DNA of 64,000 bases from an uncultured Gammaproteobacteria bacterium (GTDB lineage Bacteria; Patescibacteriota; Microgenomatia; UBA8517): the NCBI GenBank assembly GCA_965231135.1, contig OZ246419.1:321488-385487 (forward strand). Direction: 5' to 3'. Position numbers and translations under genes: made by a program. The notes beneath the pieces are model-generated. The model made no database searches, was not told the DNA's origin, and worked only from the letters and a program-made list of their open reading frames with translations. Numbering within the stretch: the stretch's first letter is position 1; each line of letters starts with the position of its first letter. This document shows, one piece after another, positions 29,209 to 38,211 of the stretch.

Positions 29209-29924
29209 TTAAGTAAGATAATTCGTGTTATTTCAAAACAGGCAAATACAATGAAAATAATTTGGTAATATTTTGCATATTTAAAATTTTTATCAAAAAC
29301 ACTTAATCCATAAATAATTATTATTGATAATGGTAGCCATAAAATAAAATCGTTTCTATCGAAATTTGTTACTAAACTAAGATTAATAATTGCAGCAAAT
29401 AAAAATGAGAGTAGTATTTTTTTGTGTTTAAAATTTTTTATGAAATATAATCCCACTAATAAAAATAGCAATGAAAGAAACGGAAATTTTTTTAGATTTT
29501 GATTGTCTAATGATATTTGCCTTGGCGCGAAACCAAAAAAATAATTATTTGGGTCGATTAATGCAAAAAAGTTATTTTCAAATTTTGTGACTGGAATTTG
29601 TAGTTTGTTTTGGAATAATCTTGCTGTAAAAATATTTGGATATAATTTTTGTTCTTGTAAAATCTTCTGCTGACTTTGGTAATCAAAAGTAAAAATTGAC
29701 TGACCGAAAAATGGTCTAAAAAATATTATTAAAGGGATTAAAGAAATCAAAAGTAGTTTCGGTTTTTTGAATTGGAAATATATTAATACAAATAAAAGAG
29801 GCAAAATTGCGAATTTTGGATCAAGAGGTAGTAAATAATGAGTAAAATCTTTGAAAGTATTATTTACAAATAAGAAGAGTGGCCAAGTAATTAAAATTAA
29901 AAAGATACCAATTTTTCGTAGCAT
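29205..29924 (-). CDS. small polytopic membrane protein, unknown function
   Basis: 239 aa with about 6 hydrophobic helices. Overlaps upstream gene 27439-29208 by 4 nt on the same strand. Confidence 0.45.
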   Translation of the reverse strand: MLRKIGIFLILITWPLFLFVNNTFKDFTHYLLPLDPKFAILPLLFVLIYFQFKKPKLLLISLIPLIIFFRPFFGQSIFTFDYQSQQKILQEQKLYPNIFTARLFQNKLQIPVTKFENNFFALIDPNNYFFGFAPRQISLDNQNLKKFPFLSLLFLLVGLYFIKNFKHKKILLSFLFAAIINLSLVTNFDRNDFILWLPLSIIIIYGLSVFDKNFKYAKYYQIIFIVFACFEITRIILLK

Positions 29925-29948
29925 TAGTGATACAATTTTATCAGAGAT

Positions 29949-31163
29949 ATGATTAAAAAGCTGAGCTTGATATTTTTACTTGCTTTAATAATTAGGTTGG
30001 TACTTATCTCTGTAGCATTTCATGGAGATTTGTATAACAACTTATCCTGGGGGCAGATGGCATTAAAAGGTCTAAATGGGTTTTACGAAAGAAAAGGCTT
30101 TGCATATTCCATTCCCAATCAGCCGCCATTGTACATTTTACTTTTTGGATTTACGTCTTTTATATATCAAACAATTTATAATTTAAGCTGGTATTTAAAT
30201 AATCATTTTGGATTTTTCCCATCAGCTTTCATATGGTTTTGGCAACAAAATGGAAATGTCATTTTACTTAAACTTCCTGGAATTTTTGCTGATTTGGGAA
30301 TCGGTTTTCTAATTTACAAATTTACAAAAAAAATATATTTGACTTGTCTTTGGCTTTTTAATCCAATTAGTTTTTATAACTCTGCAATTTGGGGGCAAAC
30401 TGACTCGGTTGTAAATTTATTCGGACTTATTTCTATTTTTTATTTATTCAAAAAAGATTTGGTTAAATCAGTTTTGTTTTTTGTAATTTCTATTTTATTT
30501 AAAGGATCTTTGACAATATTTTTGCCAGTATTAATAGTTGTTTGGATTTTGCAGAAACATAAAATTAACGATTGGATGAAAGCAATTATAATTTCTGGAA
30601 TATTTACAGTAATTGTTTCTATATGGTTTCACCCAGAAATTAATTTGCCAATTTGGTTACTTAATTTATATACACAAAGATTTTTTCCTGGCGAAATTGG
30701 GTACTTAACTGCAAATGCATTTAATTTATGGTATTTAGTAAATCCAGGAAAAATTTTAGATAATACTAAATATTTTGGTGTTACGGCCCATGTAATTGGA
30801 TATTTAATAAGTTTAATTTTGGGAATTATTTTAATTTATAAAAAGAGAAAAAGTTTATTAAAAGAAAAAACGATTTTAATAATGCTTGCAATCAGTGCTT
30901 TAATTTCATTTTTGTTCTTTACAAGAATTCACGAGAGATATCTATATCCACTTTTTCCGATTGCAACTATTTTGGTTGGATTAATTCCTGAATTTATAAT
31001 TCCTTATGTGATTTTGTCGTTTGTGTTTTTACTTAATATGTATAATCTTTTTTGGGTTCCATCAATTCCTTTTTTGCAAAATATTATGATGACATCTCAA
31101 TTGCCAACTATATTGAGTGCTGTTAATTTAATTATTTTTATTGGAGTGTTTGTTTACGTATAA
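29949..31163 (+). CDS. polytopic membrane protein, GT-C-like (ALG6/ALG8-like first-loop motif)
   Basis: 404 aa. Loop FHGDLYNNLSWGQMALKGLNGFYERKGFAYSIPNQPPLYILLF resembles the GDxEAxRxW...W.LDYPPL loop of ALG6/ALG8-type GT-C enzymes. About 11 TM helices. Confidence 0.5.
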   Translation: MIKKLSLIFLLALIIRLVLISVAFHGDLYNNLSWGQMALKGLNGFYERKGFAYSIPNQPPLYILLFGFTSFIYQTIYNLSWYLNNHFGFFPSAFIWFWQQNGNVILLKLPGIFADLGIGFLIYKFTKKIYLTCLWLFNPISFYNSAIWGQTDSVVNLFGLISIFYLFKKDLVKSVLFFVISILFKGSLTIFLPVLIVVWILQKHKINDWMKAIIISGIFTVIVSIWFHPEINLPIWLLNLYTQRFFPGEIGYLTANAFNLWYLVNPGKILDNTKYFGVTAHVIGYLISLILGIILIYKKRKSLLKEKTILIMLAISALISFLFFTRIHERYLYPLFPIATILVGLIPEFIIPYVILSFVFLLNMYNLFWVPSIPFLQNIMMTSQLPTILSAVNLIIFIGVFVYV

Positions 31164-31196
31164 GCGAAGCTTGTAAATTTCATTTATAATTAATTA

Positions 31197-32798
31197 ATGT
31201 GGAAATGGTTTTTAGTTGTAATATTTTTATTGGGATTTTTGTTTCGCGTTATTGGGATTTCTAATCACCCTGCTGGGTTTACTCCTGATGAGGCTTCTTT
31301 TGGATATGATGCCTATTCAATTTTAAAAACTGGTAAAGATCAGTGGGGGAATACTTTACCTTTGGTTTTTAAGTCTTTTGGAGACGACAAATTACCAGCT
31401 TATGTTTATTTAACAATTCCAAGTGTTGCAGTTTTTGGCCTTAATGAGTTTGCTGTCAGGCTTCCAAATGCGATTTTGGGAACGCTAGCAATCCTTGTTG
31501 TTTATTTACTTGTTGAAGAAATTTTTAAAGATAAAAGATTATCATTGCTTTCTGCTCTTTTATTTGCAATATCTCCGTGGAGTATTATGCTCTCGCGAGG
31601 TGCTTTTGAAGCAAATTTGACAACGTTTTTTCTGCCACTTGGAATTTTGTTTTTCTTAAAATCTTTAAAGAATAGACGATATTTGTTATTATCGTTTTTA
31701 GTTTTTTTAGTTAATATTTTTACTTATCATACTGCTAGAATTTTAACTCCATTAATATTTTTCTCCTTACTTTTTATTTATAAAAACGAATTAAAAGACA
31801 AAAAGATATTCAATATTAGCTTAGTTTTGTCTAATATAGTTTTATTTGTTGCTGCGGCTGGTTTTTTAATTGGTGGAAGTAGAGTTGCGAGTTCTTCAAT
31901 TGCGGATATTAATTTTGCAGATGATAGATATTTTGCTCAAGTTGTTGGAGAACCATCTATAATTTCAAAAGTTTTTTACAATAAACCGATTTATGTTTCT
32001 ATCCAATTTGTAAAAAATTATTTATCTTATTTTTCACCACAATTTTTATTTACAAATGGGCCTGCGGAAGGAACATATGGTATGGTTCCTGGAATTGGGG
32101 TTTTGTATTTTGTAGAAGTATTATTTTTAACTGGATTTGTTTGGAGCTTTTTCAAAGAAGGGCAGAAAAAGGAAATTTTATTTTTATTATTTTGGATTTT
32201 AATATCTCCAATTCCAGCTGCATTAACTAAAGGTCCTGGATATGCGGCAAATAGATCTGAATTTGTAATGCCGGCCATCCAGATAGTTTTAGCAATTGGT
32301 GGCTTTTATATTTATGAAAATTTGAAGAATAAAAAATGGAAAAATTATTTTATTTATGGAATGACTATTTTGTTTTTGATTAACTTTATTTATGTGTTTG
32401 AAAAATATTGGATTGGACAAACTGTCAATCAGGCATCTGACATGATTTATGGTACATCGCAAATTGTAAACAATTTGAAAAGTACAAACGCAAAACAAAT
32501 AATGGTTGCAAAGGATATTTCTGAACCGCAAATTTACTTTGCGTTTTATACAAAAATGGACCCAAGGATTTACCAACAGTTTTCTAAGAATTGGCAATTA
32601 ATTAATGGCTGGGTGGACCAACAAGGAAGTTACAAATTGGCAAATTATACTTTTAGAGATATTAATTATAATGTTGATAAAAATTTACAAAATACAATTT
32701 TGATTGGCAAACCAAATGACTTTCCAGCTGACAGTAAACCAACTTTGCAAATAAATTATCCAAATTTAAAACCAGCATATTATATTTTTAATGAATAA
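31197..32798 (+). CDS. ArnT/PMT-like GT-C membrane glycosyltransferase, paralog family A
   Basis: 533 aa. PDEASFGYDAYSILKTGKDQWGNTLPL...RLPNAILG. Confidence 0.75.
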   Translation: MWKWFLVVIFLLGFLFRVIGISNHPAGFTPDEASFGYDAYSILKTGKDQWGNTLPLVFKSFGDDKLPAYVYLTIPSVAVFGLNEFAVRLPNAILGTLAILVVYLLVEEIFKDKRLSLLSALLFAISPWSIMLSRGAFEANLTTFFLPLGILFFLKSLKNRRYLLLSFLVFLVNIFTYHTARILTPLIFFSLLFIYKNELKDKKIFNISLVLSNIVLFVAAAGFLIGGSRVASSSIADINFADDRYFAQVVGEPSIISKVFYNKPIYVSIQFVKNYLSYFSPQFLFTNGPAEGTYGMVPGIGVLYFVEVLFLTGFVWSFFKEGQKKEILFLLFWILISPIPAALTKGPGYAANRSEFVMPAIQIVLAIGGFYIYENLKNKKWKNYFIYGMTILFLINFIYVFEKYWIGQTVNQASDMIYGTSQIVNNLKSTNAKQIMVAKDISEPQIYFAFYTKMDPRIYQQFSKNWQLINGWVDQQGSYKLANYTFRDINYNVDKNLQNTILIGKPNDFPADSKPTLQINYPNLKPAYYIFNE

Positions 32799-34314
32799 AC
32801 TTCTAAAGAGAAATTCTATTATAATTCTACTTCTTATAATCTTATTTATTCCAACTTTTTATCAAATGCTTCGTTTCGGAATGTTTTCGACCCAGGATTT
32901 TCATATTTTTAGACTTATAGAATTTGATAAATGCATACAATCTTTGCAAATTCCTTGCAGATGGGCACCTGATAGTGGGGCTGGATTTGGAGAACCGCTG
33001 TTTAATTTTTATGGACAATTTGTATATGTGGCAGGAGAGATTATACATAAACTGACATTTTCGTTTATAGATTCAATAAAAATTACTTTCATTTTGTCAT
33101 TAGTTCTCTCTGGAATTGGAATGTTTTTTTTAGCCAAAAAAATTTGGGGAAATAATTTGTCAGCATTAGTTTCTTCAATAATATATCTATATGCTCCTTA
33201 TCGAGCAGTTGATGTTTGGGTGCGAGGGGCGCTTCCTGAAGCTTTTGCCTTTGTATTTTTCCCTCTTATTATTTTGGAAATCGAAAATTATTTAGAAAAA
33301 AATAGAACAAAAGATTTGTTAATTTTTAGTTTATTGTTTTCATTTTTAATTATTACTCATAATTTATCAGTAATTTTATTTGCACCATTTTTGATTGTTT
33401 GGATAATATTTAGATTTTTGCAAATTAGAAAGATTAAACCATTTATTTATTTGTTTATTGCTGGAATTTTTAGTGGAATTTTATCAGCATTTTATTTGTT
33501 ACCGGTTGCGACTGAAAGTAAGTTTATAAATCTTAATGCAACAACTACCGGAATTTATGATTGGAGAGCAAATTTTGTCACGATCTATCAATTGTTTATT
33601 TCTAGATTTTGGGGATATGGAGGGTCTACCTGGGGACCAAACGACGGACTTTCATTGTCTGTTGGACAAATACAATGGATTGTACCAGCAATTACTGGAG
33701 TAATTATCTTAATAAAACAAAAAACAAAGTTTACAAAAGATAATTTAGTTTTTACTGTTTTGGTTTTAATAGGAATTTTTGCATTATTTATGACACATAA
33801 TAAATCGACCTTTATCTGGAACATTTTACCGTTTATGAAATATATTCAGTTTCCTTGGAGATTCTTGTCTACAGCAACTTTTTCATTTGCACTTGCGAGC
33901 GGCTTAATAATTAAGCAATTTGAAATTGTAAGGTTACAATTTTTGTCTGTGATTATTGTCGTAGTAGTAACAATTTTATTGAATTTTAGTTTTTTTAAAC
34001 CTGATATTTGGTACTCTAAAGGAGATAGTTATTATTTGACTGGATCTTTTTGGAATGAAGAACAGTTTTCTTCACTTCCTGATTATTGGCCTAATTTTGG
34101 ACATAAGTTTCCTGATAAAATCTCTGATGGAAAGTATATTAATTACTTTCCAGGTTGGAATTATAAACCTGACAAGAATGGGCTTATTTCATCAGAAGGA
34201 GCAGTATTTGGTAATACATCAACGAGAACGATTGGAAATTATACAAGTTTATTTGCAATTTTGGTTTGGATAATTTTATTTGTAAAATTTAAATATGTTA
34301 GCAAAGATTCTTAA
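32791..34314 (+). CDS. large polytopic membrane protein, putative GT-C-like, paralog family C
   Basis: 507 aa. QIPCRWAPDSGAGFGEPLFNFYGQFVY loop, homologous to ORF 12517-14271. Confidence 0.6.
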   Translation: MNKLLKRNSIIILLLIILFIPTFYQMLRFGMFSTQDFHIFRLIEFDKCIQSLQIPCRWAPDSGAGFGEPLFNFYGQFVYVAGEIIHKLTFSFIDSIKITFILSLVLSGIGMFFLAKKIWGNNLSALVSSIIYLYAPYRAVDVWVRGALPEAFAFVFFPLIILEIENYLEKNRTKDLLIFSLLFSFLIITHNLSVILFAPFLIVWIIFRFLQIRKIKPFIYLFIAGIFSGILSAFYLLPVATESKFINLNATTTGIYDWRANFVTIYQLFISRFWGYGGSTWGPNDGLSLSVGQIQWIVPAITGVIILIKQKTKFTKDNLVFTVLVLIGIFALFMTHNKSTFIWNILPFMKYIQFPWRFLSTATFSFALASGLIIKQFEIVRLQFLSVIIVVVVTILLNFSFFKPDIWYSKGDSYYLTGSFWNEEQFSSLPDYWPNFGHKFPDKISDGKYINYFPGWNYKPDKNGLISSEGAVFGNTSTRTIGNYTSLFAILVWIILFVKFKYVSKDS

Positions 34315-35980
34315 CATTAAGTTTTTAATAATAATTGTTTTGTTTGGAGCATTTTTGAGATTTACATCTTTAAATCAAATGCCTCCTGCTCTTAATTGGG
34401 ATGAAATTTCTCACGGATATAATGCTTATTCTATTTTGAAGACAGGAAAAGACCAATGGGGACAACTATTTCCGATTGCAAATTTTAGAGCCTATGGAGA
34501 TTACCCACTTCCTCTTAATCTTTACTTAACTATTCCTTTTGAAATTGTTTTTGGACTTTCCCAGACTTCAATTCGCTTACCGCAGGCGTTACTCGGAACA
34601 CTGACAATTGTTTCGGTTTATTTTTTGGCTGAAGGAATATCTAAAAATAAAAAAATATCATTACTTGCAGCTTTTTTAACAGCAATAGATCCATGGTTTT
34701 TATTTCCATCGCGTGCTGTTTTCCAATCTAACTTGTCCGTATTTTTTTTGATAACTGCATTATCGTTTTTCTTTAATCGAGAAAAGAATAAATGGTTTAT
34801 TGTTTTTACTCATTTGTGTTTAGGTCTCACACTTTATTCTTATCATTCAACTAGAATTTTCACTCCAATATTGATTGTTATTTTGTTATTTATTTATAAG
34901 GAAGAATTTATAAATCATTTAAAAAACATTTTTAAAAAGCGAGAAATTCTGATTTCTTGTTTATTATTTATGATTTTTTTCTTACCACTTCCTTTTATCT
35001 TGCTTAGTCCGTCGGCGAGGGCTCGTAGCGGTGTTGTTTTTATTATTGATCAAGGAGCTGTGAATAATATAAATAATTTAAGAAATTCTTCTACTTCTCC
35101 TTTTCGAAAATTAATTTATAACAAAGTTACATATTTTACAGTTACATTTGCAAAAAACTATGTTAATTATTTCTCTCCACAATTTTTATTTACTAATGGG
35201 GGAACTCAATATCAATTTAGCGTTCCAAATCAAGGAATACTTTATCTTGTTACATTGCCGTTTTTGTATTTTGGATTTTTTATTCTAATAGTTCGTGCTT
35301 TTAGAAATAGAGATTATTTGTTTTTACTTTTGTGGCTTCTTTTAGCACCAATTCCTGCTGCAATTACAGTCGATGCATCAGCAGTAATTAGAGCGACAAC
35401 AATGCTTCCAATTCCTGAAATATTAATTGCAATTGGGTTTTATGAATTTATTAATAAATTTAAGAAGTATGAGTTTATTTTAAGTTTTGGTTTTATTATA
35501 GTTTTACTTTTTTCCCTTGAGAATTATTTAAATATTTATGCAAATAGCTATCGGACAAATTATTCTTGGGCTTGGCAATATGGATACGAACAGGCAGTAG
35601 ATTATGTAAAAGCAAATTATCATAATTATGATCAGATTATTACTACAAAAGCTTACGGAGAGCCTCATGAATTTTTCTTATTTTATTTACAATATGATCC
35701 GCAAAAATATTTAAGTGATCCAAATAAAATTACTTTTTATCAATCAAATTGGTATTGGGTGGATCATTTTGATAAATTCTGGTTTGTAAATGATTGGCAA
35801 GTTACGCAATTTGCAAATAAAAATCAATTTATAACTGAAAGCAAACATGTTACTGATTGTTCAAGTCAGAGATGTCTACTGATAACAACACCAAACAATC
35901 ATCCTGGGAACTGGAAATTAATTGATACTATAAAATTCTTGGATGGGAAGACTGCTTTTGAGATATATTCTAATACATAA
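34295..35980 (+). CDS. ArnT/PMT-like GT-C membrane glycosyltransferase, paralog family A
   Basis: 561 aa. WDEISHGYNAYSILKTGKDQWGQLFPI...RLPQALLG. Confidence 0.75.
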   Translation: MLAKILNIKFLIIIVLFGAFLRFTSLNQMPPALNWDEISHGYNAYSILKTGKDQWGQLFPIANFRAYGDYPLPLNLYLTIPFEIVFGLSQTSIRLPQALLGTLTIVSVYFLAEGISKNKKISLLAAFLTAIDPWFLFPSRAVFQSNLSVFFLITALSFFFNREKNKWFIVFTHLCLGLTLYSYHSTRIFTPILIVILLFIYKEEFINHLKNIFKKREILISCLLFMIFFLPLPFILLSPSARARSGVVFIIDQGAVNNINNLRNSSTSPFRKLIYNKVTYFTVTFAKNYVNYFSPQFLFTNGGTQYQFSVPNQGILYLVTLPFLYFGFFILIVRAFRNRDYLFLLLWLLLAPIPAAITVDASAVIRATTMLPIPEILIAIGFYEFINKFKKYEFILSFGFIIVLLFSLENYLNIYANSYRTNYSWAWQYGYEQAVDYVKANYHNYDQIITTKAYGEPHEFFLFYLQYDPQKYLSDPNKITFYQSNWYWVDHFDKFWFVNDWQVTQFANKNQFITESKHVTDCSSQRCLLITTPNNHPGNWKLIDTIKFLDGKTAFEIYSNT

Positions 35981-36614
35981 AAGGAATTAAAGATTTAACT
36001 TTTTTCTTGTAACTTGGATACGTTTTTGGGAAATGTTTTTGTAATAATTTTTCTTCTTCTTTTAGTTTATAAATACAAAAGATTGTCATAAATATTAAAA
36101 ACAATAAGCTTGCTAAATTTCTTGCTGCAAGAAAAGTTCCAGTACACATCGTAATAATTCCTGTATAAATTGGATTTCTAATAATTCCATAAACCCCTGA
36201 AGTTATGAGTTCGTGATTCTTTTTTATTTCAATATTGCCGCTCCAGTTTTTGGATAAAGTATTTCTTGCAATGATTGCAATTACTAGACCAATAAAGACA
36301 GTAACGGAACTCGCAAAAATAAAAGAATTGGATACTAAAAATAATTCATTGGATAAAAAGGGGATAGCTCCTGAAAAACTAATTATAAAAAGTGCGATAA
36401 AAAATATTCTTCCTGCCCAGAGCCAACCTTTTGTGAAAGATTGTTTCATTTCTTTGGTTGGTTTTACATTTTGTGCGCTTAATTTCCAATATAGAAGAAA
36501 AATAATCCAATAAAGAGTTATTAGTTTTCCACTTATCATATGAAAAATTATAGCAGATAGAATATACTTAAATATGCCTAAAAAATGGGTTTTGATTATT
36601 GTTGTTTTAGCCAC
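35970..36614 (-). CDS. ICMT/PEMT-family membrane methyltransferase (isoprenylcysteine carboxyl / phospholipid methyltransferase-like)
   Basis: 214 aa, 4-5 TM. C-terminal LITSGVYGIIRNPIYTGIITMCTGTFLA matches the ICMT/PEMT SAM-binding region. The annotated start overlaps divergent gene 36574 by 41 nt. An internal Met at about 36539 is a more likely start. Confidence 0.7.
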   Translation of the reverse strand: MAKTTIIKTHFLGIFKYILSAIIFHMISGKLITLYWIIFLLYWKLSAQNVKPTKEMKQSFTKGWLWAGRIFFIALFIISFSGAIPFLSNELFLVSNSFIFASSVTVFIGLVIAIIARNTLSKNWSGNIEIKKNHELITSGVYGIIRNPIYTGIITMCTGTFLAARNLASLLFLIFMTIFCIYKLKEEEKLLQKHFPKTYPSYKKKVKSLIPFMY

Positions 36615-38211
36615 TGCTTTGTTTTTGAGGCTTTATAAAATTAATACAAACCCTCCGGGATTAACTCCTGATGAGGCCGCACTTAGTTATAATGCTTATT
36701 CAATTTTAAAAACTGGCAAAGACGAATATGGAACTTTTTTGCCAATTATTTTTAAATCGTTTGGGGATTACAAACCCGGGCTTTATGTATATTTAGATAT
36801 TCCTTTTGTTGCGACTTTGGGACTCAACGAAACCTCTGCAAGATTGCCATCTGTAGTCGCAGGAATTTTTACCGTCTATTTGGTTTATTTAATTACTGAA
36901 GAATTGTTTAAAGATAAGAGACTTGCTTTTATTTCTTTGGTTGTTGCTGCAACCAATCCCTGGCTTATTTATTTTTCAAGAGGAGCTTGGGAAGTAAATG
37001 TTTGTTTAACACTAACACTTGCTGGGATTTATTTTTTCTTAAAAGCGTTAAATAAAAATCAAAAATATTTTATCGTATCTGCGATATTTTTTGCATTAAC
37101 TCTAATAGATTATCAGGGAGCAAAATTATCGACTGCAATAGTTTTGTTTATTTTGGGAATCTTATATTGGAAACAAGTTTTAAAATTAAAATTTAAGTAT
37201 TTAACTATAGCTTTTATTTTAGGGCTCATTATTTCGTTACCTGTAATTTTAAGTTTGTTTAATGGCCAAAGCGGAAGGCTTGCAGTTTTCAGTGTATTTT
37301 CATACCCGCGCCCGGCAGATTATTTGCAAGCGTTTTTGAGTGAGGCAAATGTTAAGAAGGGGAGTATAACTTATGATCTTTTTTATAATGAGCCGCTTAA
37401 TTTTGCTAGAGGAATTTTAGGAAGATTTTTCAATCATTTTTCCGGACGATTCTTGTTTTTTGAAGGGGATTGGGCAAACCCAAGGCATACTCCCCCAAAC
37501 CAGGGAGTACTGGTTGTTGGAGATATAATGTTTCTCGCGATTGGGGCAATTGCGTTTCTGAAAAACAAAGTACAAAAAGAAACTATATTTATAGTTTTAT
37601 GGTTAATACTTGCACCACTCCCATCAATACTTTCCCGCGATCAAGTGCACGCGCTTCGTTCTTTAAATCTTGCAATACCGTTTGTAATAATTATTACTTT
37701 TGGAATTTATTTTGCGATTAATAATTTAAGAAAAGTATTTTTATTTTTGTTAATTCCGATTTATATTGCAACTTATATTTATTTTTTGGATGCTTATTTT
37801 GTACATCAACCTGCACATAATTCGCAATATTGGGAATATGGATATAAACAAATGGTATCGGATGTTACAGCAATTCAAAACAACTACAAACAGGTAATTA
37901 TTCAGCAATCATATGATCAGCCGTATATTTATTTTCTTTTTTATAATAAATATAATCCTGCAAAATGGCAAAAGCAGGCAAAACTTATACAGGATGCTGG
38001 AGCTGATGTTGGGCATGTGGATCATATGGATAATATTTGTTTTTGTGCAATTGATTGGTCGCGGGACCGTGGAGATCATGGAGATTTAGTTGTTGGAGAT
38101 ATTTCTGTAATTCCGCCACTGGACTCCAATGATCCAAAAGAATTTACTTTAATTGATGAGATAAAATATTTAAATGGACAAACTGCTTGGAGGCTTTTGG
38201 GAGTGAAATGA
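36574..38211 (+). CDS. ArnT/PMT-like GT-C membrane glycosyltransferase, paralog family A
   Basis: 545 aa. PDEAALSYNAYSILKTGKDEYGTFLPI...RLPSVVAG. Confidence 0.75.
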   Translation: MPKKWVLIIVVLATALFLRLYKINTNPPGLTPDEAALSYNAYSILKTGKDEYGTFLPIIFKSFGDYKPGLYVYLDIPFVATLGLNETSARLPSVVAGIFTVYLVYLITEELFKDKRLAFISLVVAATNPWLIYFSRGAWEVNVCLTLTLAGIYFFLKALNKNQKYFIVSAIFFALTLIDYQGAKLSTAIVLFILGILYWKQVLKLKFKYLTIAFILGLIISLPVILSLFNGQSGRLAVFSVFSYPRPADYLQAFLSEANVKKGSITYDLFYNEPLNFARGILGRFFNHFSGRFLFFEGDWANPRHTPPNQGVLVVGDIMFLAIGAIAFLKNKVQKETIFIVLWLILAPLPSILSRDQVHALRSLNLAIPFVIIITFGIYFAINNLRKVFLFLLIPIYIATYIYFLDAYFVHQPAHNSQYWEYGYKQMVSDVTAIQNNYKQVIIQQSYDQPYIYFLFYNKYNPAKWQKQAKLIQDAGADVGHVDHMDNICFCAIDWSRDRGDHGDLVVGDISVIPPLDSNDPKEFTLIDEIKYLNGQTAWRLLGVK

